Shown: in pieces, positions 11,009-22,019 of the stretch
How positions within the stretch are numbered: position 1 is the stretch's first letter
Layout of the letters: every line of letters begins with the position of its first letter
Source: Raja brachyura
Lineage: Eukaryota
Assembly: GCA_963514005.1 (NCBI GenBank)
Contig: OY740790.1
Span: forward strand, 5,332,001 to 5,396,000
Length of the DNA stretch: 64,000 bases
Direction of reading: 5' to 3'
Translations under genes and position numbers: made by a program
The notes under the pieces: model-generated
What the model was told of the DNA's origin: nothing
What the model saw: the letters and a program-made list of their open reading frames with translations, nothing else
Databases searched by the model: none

Positions 11009-11216
11009 CCCATCCTCTCTCACTGTCTCCGAGCCCAGTCACTCCGCACGTCCGACTGTCAACTTGGAGCCCAAGGTCTCTCTCTGTTCATCGATGTTCC
11101 TTCTCGCCCAACCATTGACCGTGTCTCAGAGACGGACACCGGGCCTGATCGACCCGTGACTCCAGTTCCACCCACGGCGCTTGGCTCCGAGCTGAGGACA
11201 GGTTCCCTCTCCCCTG

Positions 11217-11255
11217 GGTTGTTGTACCGGCCCGGCCCCGCTTCCTCTCACTGTG
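11217..11255 (-). other. V 3' recombination signal sequence (23-RSS)
   Basis: Minus strand: CACAGTG (11255-11249), 23-bp spacer (11248-11226), ACAACAACC (11225-11217; 8/9 match to ACAAAAACC). Confidence 0.95.
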
Positions 11256-11551
11256 TCTCGCACAGTAATAGATGGCCGTGTCGCTCAGACTCAGGCGGTT
11301 CATTTGGAGATAGACGTTGCTGCTGTCCTTGGAAACCTCGAATCGGCCGCTGAAGGCAGGCGCGTACTTTTTGTCACCATTATACCTCATCCTCGCCACC
11401 CACTCCAGCCCTTTCCCGGGGACCTGTTTCACCCAGTGCACGTCGTAGCTGCTGAGGCTGAACCCGCTGGTTGCACAGGTCAGTTTGTGGGACCCTCCGG
11501 GCTTTGCCACCGCGGTCGGGGTCTGATTCAGCACAACCGCGGATCGAACGC
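11256..11551 (-). CDS. IGHV: Germline immunoglobulin VH exon, probably IgW (IgX) class; open and apparently functional
   Basis: Translation GVRS-AVVLNQTPTAVAKPGGSHKLTCATSGFSLSSYDVHWVKQVPGKGLEWVARMRYNGDKKYAPAFSGRFEVSKDSSNVYLQMNRLSLSDTAIYYCAR. It has both conserved Cys, WVKQ..GKGLEW and DTAIYYC, no stops, and a perfect heptamer directly after it. VH identity is certain; IgW over IgM is inferred from the leader, VLNQ, WVKQ and the J motif. Confidence 0.95.
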
Positions 11552-11658
11552 CTGCCAATAAAAGAGAAACAAAGTTGAATAAACAGTTGAAGAGGCAGAG
11601 GGTGAAAGAGTGTCCGAGAAGCAGCCCGGCCCCGAGTGGGGGGGACACACACACCCAC

Positions 11659-11704
11659 CTGGCAGACAGGACAGAAGGAGACAGAGATAAGCAGCGACCC
11701 CCAT
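11659..11704 (-). CDS. Ig heavy-chain leader exon (MGVAAYLCLLLSCLP/G), IgW-like
   Basis: ATG at 11704-11702. The 46-nt exon ends in phase 1 at CCAG|GTGGGT (donor 11658-11657) and encodes a hydrophobic signal peptide. A 107-bp intron (11552-11658) ends in a pyrimidine-rich TTTCTCTTTTATTGGCAG acceptor. The spliced leader MGVAAYLCLLLSCLPGVRS resembles chondrichthyan IgW/IgX leaders (from memory, not a search). Confidence 0.9.
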
Positions 11705-11793
11705 CACTCTGAGCACTGACACACACTTGGACACTCCAGGAATGGGCGGCTTCAGCTCAGGCCGGCTTTGTCGGGAGCCGCAGTCAGCGCCGC

Positions 11794-11810
11794 TTAAATA
11801 GGAAAGTGAG
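11794..11810 (-). promoter_or_regulatory. Putative VH promoter TATA-like box with adjacent GGAAAGTGA (ETS/IRF-like) motif
   Basis: TATTTAA on minus at 11800-11794, ~90 bp upstream of the leader ATG, and GGAAAGTGA on plus at 11801-11809. I saw no ATGCAAAT octamer nearby, consistent with octamer-less chondrichthyan VH promoters. Confidence 0.45.
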
Positions 11811-12049
11811 CTGTGAGTGAGAGAGAGAGAGGGAGCCGCGGCTTGAACACGTTCCCACCCACTGAAACCAGAGGCGCGGCTTCCTGTCCCTGCCCCCAGC
11901 ACCCAGTTCAATTCCCCAAAAGATGTTTGTCTCCACAACAGGTGGCGGGTGGAGGGGCAATGATGAGATCCGGATTAAAGATTGATCCCACTCTGCTCCA
12001 TCCACTCATTACAATACTGAACACTTTGTGCAGCAAGAGGTCACTCAGA

Positions 12050-14260
12050 TACCCCAGTGAGGGGCTGAGTTAAAAGTCGGTGTACAGATATCCCCCTGAG
12101 AGAGAGGGACACCTGTCAATGTAGATATCCCCTTGGGGGAGAGAGAGGCTAAGGTTCACCGGTCAGTGTACAGATATCCCCCTGAGAGAGAGGACTGAGA
12201 GAGACTGGTCAGTTTGAGTTAAGTTTATTGTCACATGGACCGAGGTACAGTGAAAAGCTTTAGTTGTGTGTTAACCAGACACAGATGGACAATACATGAT
12301 TACAATCGAGCACAGTGAGCAGAAACATGATGAAGGGAATAACATCAATAAAGTTCAGTGCAAGATAAAACCAGTAAATTCTGATCAAAGATAGTCCGAG
12401 GGTCCCCAATGAGGTAGATAGAGCACAGAGGTCAAGCTACAACAGCCAGTCATGATGCTATGAATGAAGTCCATCTTACGCCTATATCTGCGACAATCTA
12501 CAACAATGTATGACCATACCGACGACAAGCTACGACCATACCGGCAACATGCTGTGACAGCTGGCGACCATCGGCAACAGTTGACTCGACTAGCTACACC
12601 AGGCTACGACAGTGGCTCCTCCGTGGGTCTCCTTTTTCTCCAGGAGAGGGCCCACCCAGTGTCTTCGGCTCCTGAAACAGCTCGGGGGGAAGCCTGGTGA
12701 AGTTTCTGAAGGCAGCCTCATGTTCTCGCTGGATCAGTCATCAGGTTGTCATACTGGCCCAAACTGGGGCTCTACAGGGACAAGGGCTTCAACCACACAC
12801 ACCTCTTCTTGGGCATCCTCTTCCCCATTCTTCTTGTCCTTCTGTCTTGCTGATCTTTAAGCATGAGGGTTGCTGCAAGCAGCAGGGCTTCTTCATGTGA
12901 GAGCAATGCCCTCAGATGTTGGAAACATTACATCCCCTTTTATAACTGGGTGCTTCCATTGTTTTGGAGGCCAAAATGACATGAATTGTCTTCAGTTGTC
13001 TCCGACAGTCGTAACTTGTCATGGCCTGTCGCGGGTGGATGTAGGTTGACTTCGGTTGTCGCCTGTGTGGTCGTAGATTGTCGTATGTGTTATCGTAGGT
13101 TGTCGTAGGTGGACGTCTCAAGTCACGATAATTGGGTCGTCAGTTGTCGGTAGCTTGTCCTAGCTTGACGTCGACTAGGTGGTAGGTTGTTGTAGCTTGT
13201 CATAGACATTGTTGTAGGGGGGTCCAGTCACCGGTTTTTCGGCGACCTGCTATGAATATGACAGTCGCAGGCAGTCGCCTAAGTGGGACAGGCCCTTAAA
13301 TGGCTTCATTGTAATCATGTAGAGTCCTTCTGACAGATTAACACACAACAAAAGCGTTTCACAGTGCCTCGGTGCACATGAGAATAAACTAAACTGAACT
13401 GAACTGAAGTCAATGATGTAGTTGCAGAGGTGAGTACTGACTCCAAGTCCCTCGAGTTTGGTGATGAGCTTGGCTGGTATAATGGTATCAGACTGTAGAT
13501 ATCCCATGAAAGAGTGTACAGATATACCCCTGACAGTGGGACACTGGTCAGTGTAGATGTCCCAAGAGAGTGGGAATGAGGGAGACCGATCCGTTTACAG
13601 AAGAGAGAGGGGGTGAGGGGGAGAGAGAGTGGAAGAGGGGGAGAGAGAGAGCGAGAGAGAGACAGAGGGGGAGAGGGAGAGAGAATGCTAGCTGTCAGTG
13701 TACAAATATACAAACATAGAAATTAGGTGCAGGAGTAGGCCATTCGGCCCTTCGAGCCTGCACCGCCATTCAATATGATCATGGCTGATCATCCAACTCG
13801 GTATCCCGTACCTGCCTTCTCTACATACCCTTTGATCCCATTAGCCACAAGGGCCACATGCCAAGAGAGAGGCACTGAGAGACACTGGTCAGTGTACAGA
13901 TATCCCCATGAGAGAGAGGGATTGGGAGGCACCGGTCAGTGTAGAACAGAAACATAGAAAAATAGGTGCAGGAGTAGGCCATTTGGTCATGGCTGATCAT
14001 CTAAAATCAGTACCACGTTCCTGCTTTTTTCCCATATTCCTTGATTCATTTGGCACTAAGAGCTAAATCTAACTCTCTCATGAAAACATCCAGTGAATTG
14101 GCCTCAACTGCCGTCTGTGGCAGAGAATTCCACAGATTCACAACTCAGTGTACAGATATCAAGCCTAGAGAGAAGGAGTAAGGTTCAACGGTCAGTATAC
14201 AGATAACCCTCTGAGAGAGGGAGAGAGATAGAAAGAGAGAGAGAGACTGAAAGCTGCAGA
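12050..14260 (+). repeat. Dispersed and tandem ~45-bp motif (GTCAGTGTACAGATATCCCCCTGAGAGAGAGGG) interrupted by SINE, MITE and CR1-tail insertions
   Basis: Copies near 12077, 12115, 12161, 13490-13570, 13887, 13935, 14146 and 14190. Confidence 0.6.
12430..13297. mobile_element. Harbinger-type MITE remnant with CGAC/GTCG-rich subterminal repeats
   Basis: Right end GTGGGACAGGCCCT|TAA (~13283-13300) is the same TIR as the copies at 38505, 39217 and 55202. ACGAC repeats at left mirror GTCGT repeats at right, with unrelated sequence at ~12610-12990. Confidence 0.6.
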
Positions 14261-16159
14261 GAAACTGTGAGCAGTGTAAAGTTAGCCCCCTGAGAGAGAT
14301 TGACAGGGAGAACCCATGCAGTGAGGGAAAGGGACTGAATTGATAAAATTAATTTGCAGAATCTTCTGCCTCCAGCAACCTTGGAAGAATCAATGTGAAC
14401 CAGAATTTCTTGGGTGGAAGGAGGATTATATATTGGTGAGGAATTTTCTCTCCCAGAGATTAAAACAGAGTTAACAGGTGTCCCCTCGCTACTGTTAGAA
14501 AACACTTTGATCTGTGTCAGCCATGAGTGTTTTGATCCACGTTTTCAAGAACAGGAAGTGCAACACTAAGAGAAGCAGTTGTACTGAGAAACGGGAGGCT
14601 GCCCAGTCAAGGGGGCAGCCAAGTGCTGCTGGACGGGTCAATGGCAGGAAATCCCAGGGAGAGACGTTCTGTGGAGCATCTGTTCCTTCTTCAGAATGGT
14701 CTCACAACAGTTCTAAATCGTGCACCTCCAACAGACTTAGAGCAACAAACACAGCTCAATCCAACTCCCATGGCAGCTAAACAGATGTCCTGTTACCCTT
14801 TCAACCTCACTTTTACCATTGCCATTTGTCCTTTTACAGGAACTTGGGACAGTTAGTGGAGATGTCTTGTGGACAGTGCGTATTATGGACATGGAGGTGC
14901 TCGATGTCCTCAGGTGCATGACAGTAGATAAGACCTATGAAGATTGTACAAAACATTGATGCTGGAATGCATTAGCAGGGGAAGTTGTGGAAGCAGATAC
15001 GACAGCAATAATTAAAAGACATTTAGAGACAGATTAGACATTCAGTATTTTCTTTCTCCCGGGGTATGAATGTTTTGGTTCCACTTGTATTCCAAAGTAT
15101 GCTTTGCCTCACATCAGTGGTAGGGATGCAATTGGAGAGGATTCTTTGGGATAGGATTTACTACAACTTGGAAGACAATGGGCTAGTTAGGGACCATCAG
15201 CATGGCTTTGTACGCCACAGATCATGTCTTACTAACTTTAAATATTTTTTTGAGGAGGTGACAAAGGTGATCGATGAAGGTAGGCAGTGGATGTTGTCTA
15301 TATGGACCTTAGTAAAGCATTTCAGAAAGTTCTCCATGGTTGGTTGTCCAAGAAGTTCAAAATGCACGACATTCATAGTGATTTTGTCGTCTGGGTCAAT
15401 ACAGGTTTACTGATAGAAGACAGAGGGTTGTGGTGAAGACAGAGGGCATTATTCAGACTGCAAGTCTGTGACCAGCTGAGTTCTGCAGGGATCTGCGGAC
15501 AGTGATCAAGGATGATAAAGTATAGATCTGCGAGGAGGATGCTATGAGGCTGCAGGGCGACTTGGATAGGTTGGGTGAGTGGGCAGATACACTCTAAAGT
15601 ATAGACGGTATAGATCAGCTCAGAAATGGGCAAAGAAAAGGAAAATGAGGTTTAATCCGACCAAATGCTGAGTTGTTTTTTTAAAAATGACCGATATTCT
15701 CCACGCTTGCATGAAGCACATCTCTTCATTGTCCTCTGTCTTCAGAGAGTCCTATTGGTCGGTTATCGTTTCAGCAACGCAAGAAATGTTTATACGTGTT
15801 GGTCCTTAATTCAGGAACATATTTCCATATGTCATGCAGCCTGCTTGTTCTTTTTAGCAAGTCTGGTCCCTGTGGGAGCCCCCCCTGTTCAGATTAAGAC
15901 AAGCTGCCATCTCCAACAGGAAATCTGAGGTGAAGGAAATAGTGCCCACATCACTGTCCAGTTTCACACACCCGTCGACAGTCAAAATATGAAACGTATT
16001 TCTGGTAAATCAACAGCTGCACGCAGAAATTGTGTTCAAATTTGTCCCATGCATAGAGGATCAGTAAAAAGGTTCTTCAGCCCTCCAGCCCATCCCCACT
16101 CTCTGCTGATCTGTGTTTGAACTCCATTTCTCCACCTTGGTTCTATGTCCTTTAATCAT

Positions 16160-18070
16160 CAAAGAAGGTGGCTCAGCCGTGGCTAACGAGGAAAATTAGG
16201 GATAGTGTTAAATCCAAAGAAGAGGCGTATAAATTGGTTAGAGGAAGCAGCAAACCAGAGGACTGGGAAATTTAGAATTCAACAGAGGAGGACAAAAGGG
16301 GTTAATTAAGAGGGGGAAAATAGTATGCAAGAAAGCATGCTTCAGCATGAAAGAAATATAAAAACTGACCAAAAAACATTTTTTTATACTGTACTGTATG
16401 TGAAGAGGAAAAGATTAGTGAAGACAAATGTAGGTCCCTCACGGTCAGAAACAGATGAATTTATAATGGGAAACAAGGAAATGGTAGACCAGTTAAACAA
16501 GTACTTTGGTTCTGTCTTCACTAAGGAAGACACAAACAATATCCCAGAAATACTAGGGGACCGAGGATCTAGTGGGAGGGAGGAACTGAAGGAAATTGAC
16601 ATTAGTCATGAAATGGTGTTGGGTAAATTGTTGGGACTGAAGGCCGATAAATCCCCAGGGCCTGATGGTCTGCATCCCAGAGTACTCAAGGAGGTGGCCA
16701 CATAAATGGTGGATGCATTTGTGATCATTTTCCAATGTTCTATAGGCTCTGGATCAGTTCCTGTGGACTGGAGGGTAGCTAATGTAACCTCACCTTTTAA
16801 GAAAGGAGGGAGAGAGAAAACAGCGAATTATAGACCAGTTAGTCTTAACAGGGAATTATAGACAAGTTGGTAGTGGGGAAGATGCTCGAGTCGATTATTA
16901 TATATGTTATAGCACCACATTTGGAAAGCAGTGAAAGGATCGGTCAGTCAGCATGGATTTATGATGGGAAAATCATGCTTGACTAATCTTCTGGAATTTT
17001 TTGAGGATGTATAAGGGACAACCAGTGACTGTGGTGTATCTGGACGTTCAAAACGCCTTTGACAAGGTCCCACACAAGAGATTTGTGTGCAAAATGAGAG
17101 CACACAGTATTGGGAGTAGGGAACTGACATGGATAGAAAACTGGTTGGACAGGAAGCAAAGAGTAGGAATTAACGTGTCCTTTTCAGAATGGCAGGCAAT
17201 GACAAGTGGGGTGTCGCAAGGCTTGGTGCTGGGACCCCAATTATTTAGAATATATATTAACAATTTAGACAAGGGAATCAAATGTAACACATCCACGTTT
17301 GCAGATGATACAAAGCTGAGCGGCAGTGTGAGCTGCGAGGAGGATGCTTTGAGGCTGTAGGGTGACTTGGATAGGTTGGGTGAGTGGGCAGTTGCATTGC
17401 AGATGCAGTATAATGTGGATAAATGTGAGGTTATCTACTTTGGTGGCAAGAACAGGAAGGCAGATTATTATCTGAATGGTGTCAGATGAGGAAAAGAGGA
17501 AGTGCAATGAGACCTGGGTTTCCCTGTACATCAATCACTGACAGTAAGCATGCAGGAACAGCAGGCTGTGAAGAAAGCAAATGGCATTTAGGCCTTCATA
17601 CCGAGAGGATTTGAGTAAATGAGCAAGGAGGTCCTACTGCAGTTGTACAGGGCCCTGGTGAGACTGCACCTGGAGTATTATTGTGTGCAGTTTTGGTCTT
17701 CTAATTTGTGGAAGCACATTATTGCTATTGAGGGAGTGCAGAGTAGGTTCACCAGGTTAATTCCCAGGATGGCGCGAATGACATATGATGAAAGAATGGG
17801 TCGACTGGGCTTGTATTCACTGGAATTTAGAAAGATGAGAGGGGATCTTATAGAAACATAAAATTCTTCAGGGATTAGACAGGCTAGATGCAGGAAAAAT
17901 GCTCCCGATGTTGGGGGAGTCCAGAACCAGAGTTTCAGAATAAGGGGTAGGCCATTTAGGACTGAGATGAGGAAAAACATTTTCACCCATAAAGTTGTGA
18001 ATCTGTGGAATTCTGTACCACAGAAGGCAATGGAGGCCAAATTGCTGGATGTTTTCAAGAGAGGTAGATA
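16160..18070 (+). mobile_element. CR1 LINE ORF2 3' portion, decayed
   Basis: KSPGPDGLHPRVLKEVA, YLD..AFDKVPH, FADDTKL and LEY.CVQFWS, with stops and frameshifts. Confidence 0.92.
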
Positions 18071-19052
18071 TAGTTACATAGAAACATTGAACATAGGTGC
18101 AGGAGGAAGCCATTTGGTGCTTCGAGCCAACACCGCTATTCATTGTGATCATGGCTGATCGTCCCCAATCAATAACCCGTGCGTGCCTTCTCCCCATATC
18201 CCTTGAATCCACCAGCTCCTAGAGCTCTATCTAACTCTCTCTTAAATCCACCCAGTGACTTGGCCTCCACTGCCCTCTGTGGCAGGGAATTCCACAAATT
18301 CACAACTCTCTGGGTGAAACAGTTTTTCCTCACCTCAGTCTTAAATGGCCTCCCCTTTATTCTAAGGCTGTGGCCCCTGGTTCTGGACTCGCCCAACATT
18401 GGGAACAATTTTCCTGCATCTAGCTTGTCCAGTCCTTTTATAATTTTATATGGTTCTATAAGATTCCCCCTCATCTTTCTAAACTCCAGTGAATACAGGT
18501 CTAGTCTTTTCAATCTTTCCTCATATGACAGTCCCGCCATCCCTGGGATCAATCTCGTGAACCTACGCTGCATTGCCTCAATCACAAGGATATCCTTCCT
18601 CAAATTTGGACACCAAAACTGGACGTAATACTCCAGATGTGGTCTCACCAGAGCCCTATACAACTGCAAAAGAACCTCTTTAATCTTATGCTGAAATCCT
18701 CTTGTTATGAAGGCCAACATTCCATTAGCTTTCTTCACTGCCTTCTATACCTGCACGCCAACTTTCAGTGATCTGTGTACAAGGACGCACAGGTCTCGCT
18801 GCACCTCCCCCTTACCTAACCTAACCCCTTTGAGATAATAATCTTCCCCCTTATTTTTGCCACCAAAGTGGATAACCTCACATTTATCTATATTATACTG
18901 CATCTGCCATGCTTCTGCCAACTCACTCAACCTGTCCAGGTCACCCTGCAACCTCCTAACATCCTCTTCACAGTTCACACTGCCACGCAGCTTTGTGTCA
19001 TCCACAAAACCTGCTAGTGTTGCTCCTAATTCCCACTTCCTAATCATTAATA

Positions 19053-19651
19053 CAGTGGCTTGCAAAAGTTTTCATAGCCCTTGAACTTTTCCAAATTTTG
19101 TCACGTTACAACCACAAACGTAAATGTATTTTATTGGGATTTTATGTGATAGACCAACACAAAGTGGTGCATAATTGTGAAGTGGAAGGAAAATGATACA
19201 TGGTTTCCAAATTTTATTGCAAATAAAAAACTGAAAAGTGTGGCGTGCAAAAGTATTCTGCCCCCCTGAATCAATACTTTGTAGAACCACCTTTCGCTAC
19301 AATTACAGCTGCAAGTCTTTTGGGGTATGTCTCTACCAGCTTTGCACATCTAGAGACTGACATTTTTGCCCATTCTTCTTTGCAAAATAGCTCAAGCTCA
19401 GTCAGATTGGATGGAGAGTGTCTGTGAACAGCAATTTTCAAGTCTTGCCAGAGATTCTCAATTGGATTTAGGTCTGGACATTGACTGGGCCATTCTAACA
19501 CATGAATATGCTTTGATCTAAACCATTCCATTCTAGCTCTGGCTGTATGTTTAGGGTAGTTGTCCTGCTGGAAAGTGAACCTCCGCCCCAGTCTCAAGTC
19601 TTTTGCAGAATCTAGCAGGTTTTCTTCCAAGATTGTCCTGTATTTGGCTCC
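19053..19651 (-). mobile_element. Tc1-like DNA transposon, 3' fragment (transposase C-terminus and one TIR)
   Basis: FQQDNYPKH...WPSQCPDLNPIENLW...AVIVAKGGSTKY (DD34E Tc1 motifs). The end TA|CAGTGGCTTGCAAAAG is at 19051-19068. Confidence 0.92.
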
Positions 19652-20315
19652 TAATCTCGGATGCACGCTACAAACTCTCTTTCTTGGGGCCCTGAACCAA
19701 CCTGATTTTCCCAGTCTACCTGAATATTGAAATCCCCCATCACCACAGTGGCATTACCTTTGGTACATGTCAGTTTTAACTCCTGCTGCAACTTACACCC
19801 TACATCCGGACTACTATTTAGGGATCTGTAGATAACACCAATTAGTGTCTCCTTGCCTTTGCAATTCCTCAACTTAATCCACAGTGACTCTACCTCATCA
19901 ATCCCTATGTCTTCCCTCGCAAAGGACTGAATTCCATCCCTCACCAGCAGAGCTACCCCCCCCCCCCGTCCTTTCTATGGGATGTATAAGCCTGAATATT
20001 AAGTTCCCAGGCCCGATGCTCCCGCAGCCACGTCTCAGTATTCCCCACAATGTCATATCTACCAACCTCTAACTGAGCCTCAAGCTCATCCACCTTACTT
20101 CTTATACTTTGCGCATTCATATACAATACGTTTTATTCCTTAGGCATCTCACCTTTCACATTGATCCCTATTACACTTACGCCATACTCTCCTATCCCTT
20201 TTTGAATTTTCTTCCCAGTTAATTCTGGGGTCATTAACTATCCCTTTACTCTCTTTCCCTTTAACTCCATCCTTGACCATCCCATTTGACACCCCCCCCC
20301 CCCCCCCCCCGTTAT

Positions 20316-21239
20316 TCAGTTTAAAGCTACCCGTGTAGCAGTGACAAACCTGCCTGCCAGAATGCTGGTCCCCCACCTGTTAAGGTGCAATCCATCCCTT
20401 TTGTACAGTTCCCCCTTACTCCAAAACAGATCCCAGTAGTCTAAGAATCTATATCCCTGCCCCCTGCACCAGTTCCTCAGCCACACATTCAGGTCCTGTA
20501 TCTCCCTGTTCCTGCTCTCGCCAGCACGACAAACAGGAAGCAAACTGGAGATAGCCACGCTGGAGGTCCTGCCTTTCAGCATTTTACCAAGCTCTCTAAA
20601 GTCACGCTTCAGAATATTCATCCCCTTCTTTCCGACATCGTTTGTGCCGACATGCACTACCACTTCCAGCTGTTCACCATCGCCTTTGAGGATTTTCTTC
20701 ACTCTATCCGTGACATCCTGGATCCTGGCACCAAAGAGGCAACACACCATCCTCGAATCCCTTCTGTTGCCGCAGAAACCCCTGTCCGTACCTCCCACAA
20801 TGGAGTCTCCAACTACCACGGTGGTGCCTGACGTCGGCCTCTTTGATGTTGGCTCAACAGCCCTTTTTGCTTCACAAGCCAGTCCGCCACTCAGTGTTTT
20901 AACGTCCTCTGGCCAGACAGCTTCTAAGTGGGTGAACCTGTTCTCAAGAGGTACAACACCCGGGGACTTTTGCATTCCATGTTTCCCTCCCTTTCTCACC
21001 GTCACCCACCTTCTCTCTTCCGGTACCTCAGGTGTAACAATCTTACTGTAGGACTTGTCGAGGAACAACTCAGTTTCACGGGTGAACCTGAGGTCATCCA
21101 CTTGCTTCTCCAGTTCCCCAACACAGTCCTTCAGGAGCTGTACTTGGATGCACTTCTCATATTTGTAGCAGCCAGAGGCACCAGCAGTGTCCTTGACCTC
21201 CCACATACTACAAGCATCACACTGAATCTTGCTTGACAT
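20316..21239 (-). CDS. CR1 ORF1 protein: N-terminal Cys motif, coiled coil and SGNH/GDSL esterase-like domain
   Basis: 307-aa open frame with CDACSMW...C, LKDCVGELEKQVDDL, VVVGDSIV, VCCL.GA, VHVGTND and DGLHLN..G, the established esterase-type ORF1 of CR1 elements. Confidence 0.85.
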   Translation of the reverse strand: MSSKIQCDACSMWEVKDTAGASGCYKYEKCIQVQLLKDCVGELEKQVDDLRFTRETELFLDKSYSKIVTPEVPEERRWVTVRKGGKHGMQKSPGVVPLENRFTHLEAVWPEDVKTLSGGLACEAKRAVEPTSKRPTSGTTVVVGDSIVGGTDRGFCGNRRDSRMVCCLFGARIQDVTDRVKKILKGDGEQLEVVVHVGTNDVGKKGMNILKRDFRELGKMLKGRTSSVAISSLLPVCRAGESRNREIQDLNVWLRNWCRGQGYRFLDYWDLFWSKGELYKRDGLHLNRWGTSILAGRFVTATRVALN

Positions 21240-22019
21240 TTTCTTCTTTCGTCTCTCCCTCTCCAGTGTTTCGTGTGGCGTCCTCCCTCAGCCTCCTCGT
21301 CGAAGACTCGCAGCCAAAGACGCGCACTTTTCTCACAGGGCACCGCGCACATTTCTCACAGGGCCGCACCCCTTGAGCAAGTCTTGATTATATCAGATGC
21401 TAAATTGCCTAATTGTCCAATTTACCAATCTTCCAATCTAATTGTTCAGCCAATCCCCACACTCACTCCTAACCTTTCTTCCTCTGATGAGCTTGTAAGT
21501 ATGTTCTTTGTCCGACCTGCACTCAAAGACTGCTAAAATGCTGTTTGCCCTCTTTGGGTTCTTTAGGCTAATGGGAAATCAAGGGCTATGGGAAAAAACA
21601 GGAACAGGCTATGATTTTGGATGATTAGCCATGATCATATTGAATGGCAGTGCTGGCATAAAGGGCTGAATGGCCTACTCCTGCACCTATTTTCTATTTT
21701 TCTAACATTCTGTCCATGTGGGAACTTTCAACTGAACCCCAGACTTGACAGCTTCCAGGGGCAGTTCTGGGTTTCCTGTGTCCCTCAATATCCTGGATGC
21801 CATGTTTATGTTTTTGACCTTGTTCGGATCCACGGCAGAGGAAGCAGATTCTTCGTCTGCTCCAGTGCATCCAGTGACTATTTTAATCTCCCCAATTACA
21901 CCTTCAATTCTCCACACCTCAGGTAGCATAGAACCAGACCTGATATTCCAACCACTTTTCTCCCACTGCCACTGTCCCTGGAGGGGATGCACCCGCTGCA
22001 CCACCTCCAAGGACACACA

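Larger units (their letters stand above)
18075..21360 (-). mobile_element. CR1 LINE with ORF1, endonuclease start and RT 3' end; centre deleted and replaced by a Tc1 fragment
   Basis: ORF1 at 21239-20316; APE-endonuclease remnant (ESLW..L, GVIYRS, VVMGDFN) at 19944-19651; RT C-terminus at 19050-18169; AGAAACAT-type tail at ~18075. Confidence 0.92.

Noticed and set aside
11088-11726. 212-aa ORF as a single-exon gene
   Set aside because: It reads through the leader intron and past the RSS. The real structure is leader exon 11704-11659 plus V exon 11551-11256.
14185-14505. SPIYNPPSTQEI as an Ig constant-domain A strand
   Set aside because: No following L.C, W or Y.C motifs, and it lies upstream of V rather than downstream of J.
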